NCBI GenBank assembly: GCA_043754515.1
Contig: JAYUUO010000166.1
Coordinates: 1 to 35,347, forward strand
Length of the DNA stretch: 35,347 bases
DNA from: Armatimonadota bacterium
GTDB taxonomy: Bacteria; Armatimonadota; Armatimonadia; Armatimonadales; Armatimonadaceae
Direction of reading: 5' to 3'
In this document: positions 8,640 through 17,888 of the stretch, piece by piece
Numbering within the stretch: position 1 is the stretch's first letter
Layout of the letters: every line of letters begins with the position of its first letter
The notes under the pieces: generated by a model
The model's database searches: none
Seen by the model: only the letters and a program-made list of their open reading frames with translations
Told to the model about the DNA's origin: nothing
Translations under genes and position numbers: made by a program

Positions 8640-10508
8640 ATGAGTAGCAACACTGAGCCTACATGCCACGACCACGCTAGCATAGCGGTGGATGCCAAAC
8701 GCCTTAAGCGGAACACGGTTGGAGCGGTACCCCCGATCGCTTCTTCGCCGCATCAGCTATTTCTGCCGTTGCTCCCGACGCTCCAGGGGGATTCCGCGTC
8801 CTCCTCTGTCAATGATGAACCGTCGCCCGAAACGCGCGGCGCGGTGTTCACGCGACCCTGGGTAGTGCGTCTGCTCCTCGATCTCGCGGGATACGTTCCC
8901 GAGCGGGATCTCGGGTCTCGCGTCGCCGTCGAGCCTGCCGTGGGAGGCGGCGCGTTTCTGACCGAGATGGCACGCCGTCTCGTCACATCCTGCCGCCTCT
9001 TTAGCCGACCCCTCTCCGCTACCGCGCGGTCACTCGTCGCGTATGAGATTGACGCGCGGAGTGCCGAAGAGGTGCGCCGGGCGGTGGCACGCACGTTAAT
9101 GGATGAGGGAGCCGAAGATGGCGAGGCCGAACAACTAGCGTGTGGCTGGGTATTGCGCGAAGATTACCTCTGGGCGGCACCCACCATGAACCCGGTGGAC
9201 TTCGTGATAGGCAATCCCCCGTACGTCCGCCTGGAAAACATTGACCCTGCTACTGCCTCCCTCTACCGCGGTGCTTACCGAACGATGGCCGGGCGTGCCG
9301 ATTTATATGTCGCTTTCTTCGAGGCGGCTCTGCGGTCTCTAAAACCGGATGGCGTTTGCGCGTTCATCTGCGCCGACCGCTGGATGCGCAACCAGTACGG
9401 CGCGGAACTGCGCCGACTGATCACTTCGGGGGCATTCGCGGTAGAAACGGTACTGGAGATGCACGACGCGGATGCGTTCGAGGAGGAGGTGAGTGCCTAC
9501 CCCGCCATCACGGTCATTCGCAGAAGAATCGCCGGATCTGCTCCGTCGCCCGCGCGCACAGCCGTCGCCTGGGCGAGGAGCGGGCTGGAGGATGCCGACC
9601 GCTCCGACCTCGTCCGCGCCCTTTCGGAGGCACCAGATCACACGAGCCGGGTATCATCGCTGACGGTCGCGCATATCTCACCGTGGTTCGCGGGTTCGGA
9701 CCCTTGGCCGCATGTTCCGCCGGATCGTCTGGCACTCCTACGGCGGCTCGAGGCGGCGTTCGAGACGCTCGAATCGGCGGCGATGGGTACCTAGGTCGGT
9801 ATCGGCGTCGCGACCGGGCTGGACCGGGCGTTCATCTCGAGCGACCCGTCGGTGCTCGCGGCAGTCGAACCGGAGTGTCGTCTGCCGCTCGCGCTCGCTT
9901 CGGACGTCAACCGCGATAGCCACCTCCTCGATTGGTCGTGCAATTACCTGATTGATCCCTGGCACGCGGTAGATGAAGGGGACCTCACGTGTCGGTTCCC
10001 CGGCTTGCGCGCTCATCTGGGGCGGTACGAGCCAGGTTTGCGCACCCGACATATCGCGAAGTCTAACCCCGCGCGCTGGTTTCGGACTATAGACCGGGTA
10101 GATCACGCGATTACCGCGCGACGCAAACTGTACCTGCCCGACATAAAGGGGCGGATCACGCCGGTACTTGATGAGGGGAAGACCTATCCTCACCACAACC
10201 TATACGTCGTCACATCTGACACCTGGGACATGGAAGTGCTCGGAGGTCTGCTACTCTCGGACATGGCGCAGTTCTTCGTCGAGTGCTACGCGGTTCGGAT
10301 GCGAGGCGGCTACTTGCGGTTCCAGGCACAATATCTTCGCCGCATCCGCGTGCCACGTCCCCAGGATCTTTCCGCCTGGGAGCGGGAAGAACTAGCCGCC
10401 GCGTTCCGTTGCCGCGATTCAAAACGTGCCACCAGGGCCGCGCTGAACGCCTACGCAATTCGGGAGGATGAGGCACAGCTACTGTGCGAACGGAGCACAC
10501 ATGTCTGA
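8640..10508 (+). pseudogene. Type II N6-adenine DNA methyltransferase (M.XhoI/M.PaeR7I, Eco57I/TaqI-like gamma class) interrupted by an in-frame TAG at 9792-9794
   Basis: ORFs 8640-9794 and 9852-10508 share one frame separated only by TAG; motif X GAVFTR, motif I EPAVGGGAFL, motif IV NPPY, DLYVAF, ICADRW; after the stop VGIGVATG, WFRTIDR, LPDIKG, YPHHNLY, MRGGYLRFQAQYLRRI. Confidence 0.88.
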
Positions 10509-11277
10509 CTCAACAGTCTCGCCTCTCCCGACGCGTGGCGCGGGTCCCGGTCTGATGCCTGACCTTGATGTTCGCTTCGAAGCCGCCATCGCCCACTACT
10601 GGGAAGCGCGCCGCGCGCAGAAGAAAAAGCAGGAGGATGCGGGGACGATTGACACGGGCACGCGTAGCGCGGTGACCGGGAACACGCAGATGGGGGCATT
10701 GGAGGTGCTCGCTTCCGACATTCTGACAGGGGCGGGACTCGAAGGATCTCACGTTCGGATTCGCACGGCGTTGGAGTTGCCCAGCTATTACCGTCCGGAG
10801 AAGAGATGGGATCTTCTGGTTGTTGCGAATAAGACGCTGATATGCGCGGTGGAGTTCAAGTCTCAGGTGGGCCCATCGTTCGGCAATAACTTCAACAATC
10901 GGGTCGAGGAGGCAATCGGTAATGCTACCGATTTATGGACGGCGTTCCGCGAGGGATGGATGGGCACCTCGGCACCACGACCGATTCTTGGATACTTTTT
11001 CCTACTGGAGGACTGTCCCGCCGTCCATACCCCGGTGCGGAACACGGAGCCATTCTTCCCGGTTGACCCGGATCTCAAAGGCGTGTCCTACGCGAAACGG
11101 TACGAAATGTTCTGCCGCCGGTTGGTGTCGGAGCGTTTGTATGATGTGTCGTGCCTGACGCTCTCGAAAGCAACCGCCCCTCATGACGCCCGCTATCCCT
11201 CGCCCGACCTCACGTTCCGCCGGTTCGCCGCCGAACTGGACGCCGCGGCGCGCCGCTTCGTCAGCGGGAGTGGGTGA
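10501..11277 (+). CDS. Type II restriction endonuclease, XhoI/PaeR7I family (predicted site CTCGAG)
   Basis: YRPEKRWDLLV, EFKSQVGPSFGNNFNNRVEEAIG, DLWTAFREG, SYAKRY signatures; overlaps MTase end by 8 nt; GGAG before ATG 10501. Confidence 0.93.
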   Translation: MSDSTVSPLPTRGAGPGLMPDLDVRFEAAIAHYWEARRAQKKKQEDAGTIDTGTRSAVTGNTQMGALEVLASDILTGAGLEGSHVRIRTALELPSYYRPEKRWDLLVVANKTLICAVEFKSQVGPSFGNNFNNRVEEAIGNATDLWTAFREGWMGTSAPRPILGYFFLLEDCPAVHTPVRNTEPFFPVDPDLKGVSYAKRYEMFCRRLVSERLYDVSCLTLSKATAPHDARYPSPDLTFRRFAAELDAAARRFVSGSG

Positions 11278-11546
11278 TGGATGCCACGTTTGTCACGCCG
11301 GAACAGGGACCACTAACCGCATGGAGTCGAGCCTCGACCGCAACATCCTCGGTTGCGTGTACCCGGTGTTGCTGACAATCGGCGCGGCAGGTAAGAAAAC
11401 CGTCTCATGATAGGCGACGCAAGAGTGCGGCATTTCACGCGAGAGAGTGGTGTCGATTAGTGGTCGGCTACGCGTTGTTGCGGAGCTGGCTCCTGGGAGA
11501 GTGGTCTGACTAGGGTCACGCCGCGCCCCGCCATCCCGCGCGAATA

Positions 11547-11577
11547 ACCGAACACTGGCGCGACCGACCGAACACTG
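11547..11577. repeat. 11-bp direct repeat ACCGAACACTG with 20-bp period
   Basis: Copies at 11547-11557 and 11567-11577. Confidence 0.6.
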
Positions 11578-11619
11578 CTAAACTCGTTGAGAGGGTGCTG
11601 TTCGCCGGGGCGATTTTGT

Positions 11620-12318
11620 ATGGGAAGAACAAATACTATAATATCAACGCGGCATGAGCAGATTACGTTTGATCGAGCGCAATCAAACGTTAACTTGGGG
11701 GATCCGCAGGGCGTCGTGCTACCCAAGCCAACGTTTCCCATGCGAATGATCCCGATCGAGCTGTCAGACACTGTGCCCCGTTCGGTGCGGTATAGTCGTC
11801 GCGTCACTATTGGCCGCCACCTCTGGGTCAACGCTTTGTTGACGGTGCTCTTTTTTCGGATCTACCTCTTCAAGCTACACATACCTATGATGATGGATGA
11901 CAACCATATGCGGGAGATGTTTATGACTTCCACTACCGAGTTTCTGCTCTCCTTGACGTGGATGCTAGCCGTCCTGCTTATCCTCTACGCAATGGTGGAA
12001 TCGTCCTGGCGAAAGGAAGCAAAGCTCCTGCGGGCGGGTGTCGCATCGGTGGCTTATGTCGTCGAAGGAACAGTAGAAAAATCGCATCAGGTTCACACTT
12101 ACCCGGTAGTGTACGAATACCGATACCAGTACAGGAAACGAGAAAAGACTCACAGGGTCACTATGGAAGTGGGAAAGGACGAATACATGGACTTAACAGG
12201 AGACGGTCGTTTTTTCCCTGTGCTATACGATCCGGCTTATCCTAAAGATCATATGCTTTACAGGAGCATTGGCGCCGCGACAGTAACTTCCAGGTGCGGT
12301 GCCCGGATAACCTCATGA
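11620..12318 (+). CDS. Hypothetical membrane protein, DUF3592-like C-terminal domain
   Basis: Two TM segments then VYEYRYQY...FPVLYDPAYPKD; visibly lower GC than flanks; start uncertain (11620 or 11740); ATGA overlap with next gene. Confidence 0.65.
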   Translation: MGRTNTIISTRHEQITFDRAQSNVNLGDPQGVVLPKPTFPMRMIPIELSDTVPRSVRYSRRVTIGRHLWVNALLTVLFFRIYLFKLHIPMMMDDNHMREMFMTSTTEFLLSLTWMLAVLLILYAMVESSWRKEAKLLRAGVASVAYVVEGTVEKSHQVHTYPVVYEYRYQYRKREKTHRVTMEVGKDEYMDLTGDGRFFPVLYDPAYPKDHMLYRSIGAATVTSRCGARITS

Positions 12319-13616
12319 CCGACGAGCAGAACGGAACCTTTTTACCTGCCCCGCCGCTCGTGACTCCATCGGGGGCACAGTTACTAGCCGCGATGGAGAC
12401 GAGTCTGAGTCGCGACGTTCTCGGCGCGTGGTACCCCCGCGCCGTTGATACGCGGCGCGGCGGGTTTCATCAGAGCTTCGCGAGCGATTGGGCGTTACTC
12501 CCCGACGGCGAGCGCGGCGTGGTTTACCAATCACGCCTGACCTGGGTCGCGGCGCGGGCGGCACTTCGCGCCCCGGACGACTCGCGAGAGGCGCGCGACT
12601 GGCGGCGGATCGCGACGCACGGCTTCGATTACCTACGGGAGGTTCTCTGGGACGGCCCGAACGGCGGCTTCTTCTTCGAGGCGACGTCCGACGGCACCCC
12701 CGAAACCGGCCGCAGGGGCGAGAAGCACGCCTATGGGATCGCGTTCGGGATATACGCCGCGAGCGCGGTCTACGAAGCCACGCGGGACGAACGTGCGCTG
12801 GCACTCGCCCGTGACGCCTTCGACTATCTAGAACAGTACGCGCATGACGCCGAACACGGCGGGTACGTCGAGTCGCTGACGCGGGATAATCGCCCGGTAA
12901 CGAGTCTGACCGACCTCGGGCGTAGGGATCCCATCGGGACGCCGTACGGCTACAAGTCAATGAACACGCACATTCATCTGCTCGAAGCGTTCACCGCGCT
13001 TCACGGCGTGTGTCCAGCGCCGGAGGTTCGTGCGCGTCTGGAGGAGACATTCCTGCTCGTGCGCGATACCATCGCCGTCGCACCGGGCTGTCTCAACCTG
13101 CATTTCACCGCGGATTGGCGGGCGGTGCCGGGCTACGACTCGTTTGGCCACGACGTCGAGACTGCGTTCCTGCTGACGGAGGCCGCGTACGTCCTGGGGG
13201 AGGACAGCGGTAGGACGCGAGCCGTCGCACAGAGCCTGGTGGATCATGCCCTTCGCTACGGTTGGGACACGGTCAACGGCGGATTCTACTATGAGGGCAC
13301 GGCGTTCGGTAAGCCGACCCATACCGGTAAAGTCTGGTGGACGCAAGCCGAGGGCTTAAACGCGCTCCTCCTGATGCACCGTGAATATGGGCGCGAGACG
13401 ACGCGCTACTGGGAGGCGTTCGAGAAGCAATGGGACTTCATTGCCCGGTACCAGATTGACGCGGCGCACGGCGGCTGGCACAGGGAGGTCACGGCGGACG
13501 GCGACTCCGAACCCGGTGCGTGGATGAGCGGCTTCTGGCAGGATCCGTACCATCAGGCACGCACCCTGTTCACTGTTACGAACTCACTCCGCGAGAGTGG
13601 CGAGTCGGCGCGGTGA
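12315..13616 (+). CDS. AGE-family epimerase, cellobiose 2-epimerase-like
   Basis: YQSRLTW, MNTHIHLLEA, SFGHDVE, KVWWTQAE, PYH motifs with catalytic histidines present. Confidence 0.9.
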   Translation: MTDEQNGTFLPAPPLVTPSGAQLLAAMETSLSRDVLGAWYPRAVDTRRGGFHQSFASDWALLPDGERGVVYQSRLTWVAARAALRAPDDSREARDWRRIATHGFDYLREVLWDGPNGGFFFEATSDGTPETGRRGEKHAYGIAFGIYAASAVYEATRDERALALARDAFDYLEQYAHDAEHGGYVESLTRDNRPVTSLTDLGRRDPIGTPYGYKSMNTHIHLLEAFTALHGVCPAPEVRARLEETFLLVRDTIAVAPGCLNLHFTADWRAVPGYDSFGHDVETAFLLTEAAYVLGEDSGRTRAVAQSLVDHALRYGWDTVNGGFYYEGTAFGKPTHTGKVWWTQAEGLNALLLMHREYGRETTRYWEAFEKQWDFIARYQIDAAHGGWHREVTADGDSEPGAWMSGFWQDPYHQARTLFTVTNSLRESGESAR

Positions 13617-13765
13617 ACGACTCAGGCGCGGCCCCGTAGCCGGATGCGTAGGACGCCTTCGCCGCGCGGACGCAAAAACCGTACCGGGCCATCTGCGTTT
13701 ATGCCGTCCGGGGGTGTACAATACGCCAGATTATTTTCCGTTATCGTAAGGAGTCCATAATAACC

Positions 13766-14266
13766 ATGGCAAGTACCGAGAGTTCGTTCGATGTGGTGTC
13801 TAAAGTCGAGATGCCCGAAGTGGTCAACGCGGTGGATCAGGCGCGGCGCGAGATCGAGACGCGGTTCGACTTCAAAGGGTCCATCTCCGCCCTCGAACTG
13901 GACGAGAAGAAGGGCACCCTTCTGCTGACGTCCGACAACGAGGCGCGGCTGACCGCGCTCGTGGACGTTCTGGAAACGAAACTGCACAAGCGTGGCATTG
14001 ACATCCGGCAGTTGGACCTCGGCAAGGTCGAGGAGGCGACGAAGGGCACGGTGCGGCAGACCGCGACCATCAAGCAGGGGCTGGATTCCGACACGGCGAA
14101 AAAAATAGTGAAAGTGATCAAAGACTCCGGAATCAAGGTGCAGGCCGCGATTCAGGCGGATCAGGTACGCGTTTCGAGCAAGAAACTCGACGACTTGCAG
14201 GCGATGATGGCGAAACTGAAGGGCGAGGACTTCGGAACCCCGCTTCAGTTTATAAACTACCGGTGA
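13766..14266 (+). CDS. yajQ: YajQ family nucleotide (c-di-GMP)-binding protein
   Basis: SFDVVSKV..EVVNAVDQA..EI.TRFDFKGS, IQADQVRVSSKKLDDLQ, PLQFINYR; AGGAG SD upstream. Confidence 0.96.
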   Translation: MASTESSFDVVSKVEMPEVVNAVDQARREIETRFDFKGSISALELDEKKGTLLLTSDNEARLTALVDVLETKLHKRGIDIRQLDLGKVEEATKGTVRQTATIKQGLDSDTAKKIVKVIKDSGIKVQAAIQADQVRVSSKKLDDLQAMMAKLKGEDFGTPLQFINYR

Positions 14267-14311
14267 ATCGGCTTCTGACGCTCCGTGATAGATAAGAGCG
14301 CGTGTTGTGCT

Positions 14312-14340
14312 TTGACAGACGCCGTAACGCGCAGTATACT
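14312..14340 (+). promoter_or_regulatory. Sigma70-type promoter upstream of rimO
   Basis: TTGACA (14312-14317) - 17 bp - TATACT (14335-14340). Confidence 0.8.
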
Positions 14341-14352
14341 GAAATGTTGCCG

Positions 14353-14378
14353 AAGCCGCCGACAGGCGGCTTTTGTTT
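14353..14378 (+). terminator. Intrinsic terminator-like hairpin
   Basis: AAGCCGCC-GACA-GGCGGCTT followed by TTGTTT. Confidence 0.7.
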
Positions 14379-14414
14379 GCCTGCCTACAGTGGAAACGAG
14401 TTGTTAAAGTAAAT

Positions 14415-15809
14415 ATGACTGGCAAAACACGAATAGGGCTGGTATCGCTCGGCTGTCCCAAGAACCTGGTTGACAGCGAGGAGATGCTGGGAGCATTGTT
14501 CGCCTCCGGGCAGGCGGAATTAGTGGACGCGGATGCGCCCGACACCGACGTGATCGTGGTGAACACGTGCGCGTTTATCGAGTCGGCGAAGCAGGAGTCT
14601 ATCGAGGCGATCCTGCGGGCGATCCGCAAAAAACAGCGCGGCGGCACCGGCAAGGTGATCGTCACCGGCTGTCTCGCCCAACGGTATGGGGATGAACTCG
14701 CGGCCGAACTGCCGGAGGTGGACGCGTTCTTGGGCATCCAGTCCGCGCCGATGATCGCGGGTGTCCTGTTCGGTACGGCGTCCGCGCGGAAGGCTAGTTC
14801 GCCCGCCCTCGCTCTCCCGATGGCGGGTGATGCCGCGCCGTCGCGCAATTTCGTGCAGCCGCTGACCGAAAAGTATCCGCTGATCCCGCCGTCGCGCATC
14901 CGTGCCACCGCCCCGTGGACGGCGTACCTGAAGATTTCCGAGGGTTGTGACCACGGTTGCACCTTCTGCTCGATCCCGTCGTTCCGGGGGCGGCACCGCT
15001 CGAAGCCCGTAGAGTCGGTCGTGGAAGAAGCGCGGCGGCTCGTGGACGCTGGCGCGAGTGAGATAAACCTGATCGCGCAGGACGTGACCGCGTACGGCAT
15101 GGACCTGTATCAGGAACTCGCTCTGCCCCGGTTGCTGACCGAACTCGGCAAGGTTCCGGGTCTCAAGTGGGTCCGCCTTTTATATTGCTACCCGACCATG
15201 ATCACCGAGCGGCTGATCAAAACGATGGCGGACACGGCGAACGTCGCCCGCTACGTGGATGTCCCGCTCCAGCACGGCGACGACGCGATGCTGAAGCGAA
15301 TGAAACGCGGTGGGTCTCAGGCGTCGTACCTACGGATGCTAGACCGCTTGCGCGCGGCGATGCCCGATATCGCGGTGCGCACGACCTTTTTGGTCGGCTT
15401 TCCGGGCGAGGACGACGCCGCGTTCCGAAACCTGGTCGGGTTCGTCGAGGAAGCCCGTTTCGACCGTTTGGGCGTGTTCCCGTACTCGCCCGAGGACGGC
15501 ACTCCCGGCTTCGACATGACCCCCGTGGTGCCGAAGAAGGTGGCGAAGGAGCGGCGCGACGTGCTGATGCGGGCGCAACAGCCGATTTCGCTGGCGCGGA
15601 ACGAGCAGCTGTTGGGCGCGGAGATGGACGTGCTCATCGAAGGGCGCGCGCCGAACGGCACGCACCTGGCGCGGTCGTGGCGCGACGCGCCGGAGATTGA
15701 CGGCACTGTGCGGATAGTGAGCGCGCCGGACGCCGCGAGGGCGGGCGACTGGATGCGCGTGCGCGTCATCGGCGCGGAGTTTTACGACGTGACGGCGGTT
15801 CCGGCGTAA
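14415..15809 (+). CDS. rimO: Ribosomal protein S12 methylthiotransferase RimO
   Basis: SLGCPKNLVDSE, NTCAFIESA, GCLAQRY, radical SAM CDHGCTFC, YCYP, C-terminal TRAM with DAPEIDG. Confidence 0.96.
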   Translation: MTGKTRIGLVSLGCPKNLVDSEEMLGALFASGQAELVDADAPDTDVIVVNTCAFIESAKQESIEAILRAIRKKQRGGTGKVIVTGCLAQRYGDELAAELPEVDAFLGIQSAPMIAGVLFGTASARKASSPALALPMAGDAAPSRNFVQPLTEKYPLIPPSRIRATAPWTAYLKISEGCDHGCTFCSIPSFRGRHRSKPVESVVEEARRLVDAGASEINLIAQDVTAYGMDLYQELALPRLLTELGKVPGLKWVRLLYCYPTMITERLIKTMADTANVARYVDVPLQHGDDAMLKRMKRGGSQASYLRMLDRLRAAMPDIAVRTTFLVGFPGEDDAAFRNLVGFVEEARFDRLGVFPYSPEDGTPGFDMTPVVPKKVAKERRDVLMRAQQPISLARNEQLLGAEMDVLIEGRAPNGTHLARSWRDAPEIDGTVRIVSAPDAARAGDWMRVRVIGAEFYDVTAVPA

Positions 15810-15845
15810 CGAAAAAGTTTGCAATTCTAAATCGCGGCGTTTCGT

Positions 15846-15877
15846 GTCGCCCGTCCCCGGCTTCGGACGGGGGCGAC
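15846..15877. other. GC-rich hairpin between rimO and next gene
   Basis: GTCGCCCGTCC ... GGACGG(GG)GCGAC inverted repeat, no U-tract. Confidence 0.4.
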
Positions 15878-15911
15878 GGCGACCCGCCGCCCCTGACCCG
15901 TGGAGGCATAA

Positions 15912-17888
15912 TTGGCTACCCAACCGACGAGCGCGCTTAATGCCGCCGCCCTGACCCGTGACGCGGGTCTCGCTGACGAATATTTGACGAACCTGGTGTA
16001 CAACGCCCTGCTAGAGCGCGGCGAGGCGAGCAAGGTATCCGAGATCACGCTGGAGATTAACAACCCGCGCATCTCGGTCGCGCTGGTGCGCAAGGCCATC
16101 GGCGATTCCACCCGATTCTTGTCGGTGGATCGGCAGTGGAACCTCGCGTCCCGCTACCTCGACAAGGGGCGCCCGACCGAGCGAAACCTGATTGAGATCC
16201 TGCAAGCTGCCGGAGAACCACTTTCTAAATCACAGGTCGCCAGCGAACTCGGCGAGATTTACCACAAGCCGAGCGAAAGCTACTTCGGCCTGATTGACCG
16301 CGCCGCGACGAACCGGAACACCTACTTCCGCACCGGGCACGGCGAGCTGGGACTCGCGACCTGGCTCCCGCTCACGGATGGCGAGACCGAAGCCGATGTG
16401 CTCGCCGATAACGCCTACAAGGCGGAGTCGGTCGCCAAGTTCCGCGAACTACCGGCCCAGTCCGAGTGGACCACGAAGACGTACGCCGAAACGACCCGTA
16501 AGATCGTTATGGCGGCGAAACGCGACCTGCCGCACCGTTTCCTCGGCGTGCTGGCGTGGCTGAAGATGGGCACGGCATACGATCCGCAGGCGCATTTCAC
16601 CGCTTGCTTCACCGATCCCGGACTCGTCTGGGTTCCGGGGCGCGGCAAGTCTCCCGGACGCTGGATCACTCGCGCCCACGCCGAACGCTTGGAGCGGCTA
16701 CTTGAGGAACAGGCGGCGACGCTCTCGAACGGCGCGGACGCCGACGAGATGCCCGAGCCGCCGACCCCGGTGATCGTCGCGCCGCTGGCCGCCGCGACGC
16801 CCGCCGCTGATGCTTCCGCCGATGTCACCGCGGCAGGCAGCGAGGAGGCCGCGCCGGTGCCGGAAGCCGCGAAGCCGCTCAGTGTCACCGAGAGCGATCT
16901 GGCCGCGATGGCGCGTATCATCGCCGACCGGGGCGCTGGTGTGGAAGCCACCGAACTGCTTGGTTTGCGCTACGAAGTGTTGCCCGGCGATCCGTCGTAC
17001 CGCGCCGACGTCGAGACGCTACTTCAAGCACTTAAATCGAGCGACAAGTTCCTGTACGTCGGGGCGGGTCGGTTCCGCGAGCCGGACAGTCTGCCGGTGT
17101 TCGTGTACGACGTCCCGGACTTTCTGGCGTTCCCCGAACTCCAGTTTGTTTCGATGGACGGTGAGATCATGGACGAAGTGATTTCCGAGGAGGGCTACGC
17201 GGCGTCGCTCCGGCAGGACGCGCTTTTGCCACTCGCGCAGGATGTCGGCGACGACGAGGGCGCGTACACCGGTGCCCCGTACGAGGCCGGGTCGCCGCTA
17301 CGGCTCGTGGTCAAGAATCACCACAAAGAAATCGGGACGTTCCCGCTCTCTCAGGTTCCGGACGGGTTCTTCCCGAACGACGCGCCGGTGGTCGAAGTGA
17401 TCATCCGCGCCCAGGATGGTCCGACGCAGGAGGTCGTGGTCAACAACGAGAAGCGGCTCGCGTTCAACCTATTCGGTCTGTACGAAATGTTGCCGGTGGA
17501 CAGCGGCTCGGTGTTCCTACTCCACCCGACCGCGCGCCCCTTCGAGTTCCGGTTCGAGCCGCTTGCCGAGCCGGACCCGCAGGTGTACGTCACGCCGGAG
17601 CGACAGCAGGAGTTGTTCGGGTTGAAAGAGGCGATTGACGAGGGCGCGGAGATGGCGACGTTCGACATCACCTGCGAGGTGCTGGCGCACCACCAAAAGG
17701 GCCTTGACTTCGTGCAGGCCCTGACCGAGATCAACCTGATCCGTCGTGTGACTCGAGGCAAACTCGCGTCCATCCTGTCGAACTACCTGTGCTTCCTGCA
17801 AAAGGCAGGCACGCCGCAATGGCGGTTCGACCCCCGCAAACGTGACTATGGCACCGACCGCGACAAGCGCAAGTATCTGAAGCGGTAG
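15912..17888 (+). CDS. Hypothetical protein with several predicted winged-helix (HARE-HTH/RNAP delta-like) modules
   Basis: 658-aa ORF, GGAGG SD before TTG start; repeated 'ILxxxGxPLxxxEI ... LxxxxRF' segments; Ala/Pro linker. Confidence 0.75.
   Translation: MATQPTSALNAAALTRDAGLADEYLTNLVYNALLERGEASKVSEITLEINNPRISVALVRKAIGDSTRFLSVDRQWNLASRYLDKGRPTERNLIEILQAAGEPLSKSQVASELGEIYHKPSESYFGLIDRAATNRNTYFRTGHGELGLATWLPLTDGETEADVLADNAYKAESVAKFRELPAQSEWTTKTYAETTRKIVMAAKRDLPHRFLGVLAWLKMGTAYDPQAHFTACFTDPGLVWVPGRGKSPGRWITRAHAERLERLLEEQAATLSNGADADEMPEPPTPVIVAPLAAATPAADASADVTAAGSEEAAPVPEAAKPLSVTESDLAAMARIIADRGAGVEATELLGLRYEVLPGDPSYRADVETLLQALKSSDKFLYVGAGRFREPDSLPVFVYDVPDFLAFPELQFVSMDGEIMDEVISEEGYAASLRQDALLPLAQDVGDDEGAYTGAPYEAGSPLRLVVKNHHKEIGTFPLSQVPDGFFPNDAPVVEVIIRAQDGPTQEVVVNNEKRLAFNLFGLYEMLPVDSGSVFLLHPTARPFEFRFEPLAEPDPQVYVTPERQQELFGLKEAIDEGAEMATFDITCEVLAHHQKGLDFVQALTEINLIRRVTRGKLASILSNYLCFLQKAGTPQWRFDPRKRDYGTDRDKRKYLKR

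Noticed and set aside
11183..11410. CHVCH heme-binding-like motif in a 75-aa ORF
   Set aside because: ORF overlaps the REase in another frame, has no signal peptide or SD; likely chance
8508..11600. Mobile element carrying the R-M system
   Set aside because: No integrase, transposase, terminal inverted repeats or flanking target duplication could be identified
13622..15100. 492-aa minus-strand ORF
   Set aside because: Antisense shadow of yajQ and rimO; no recognisable motifs; long shadow ORFs are expected at high GC
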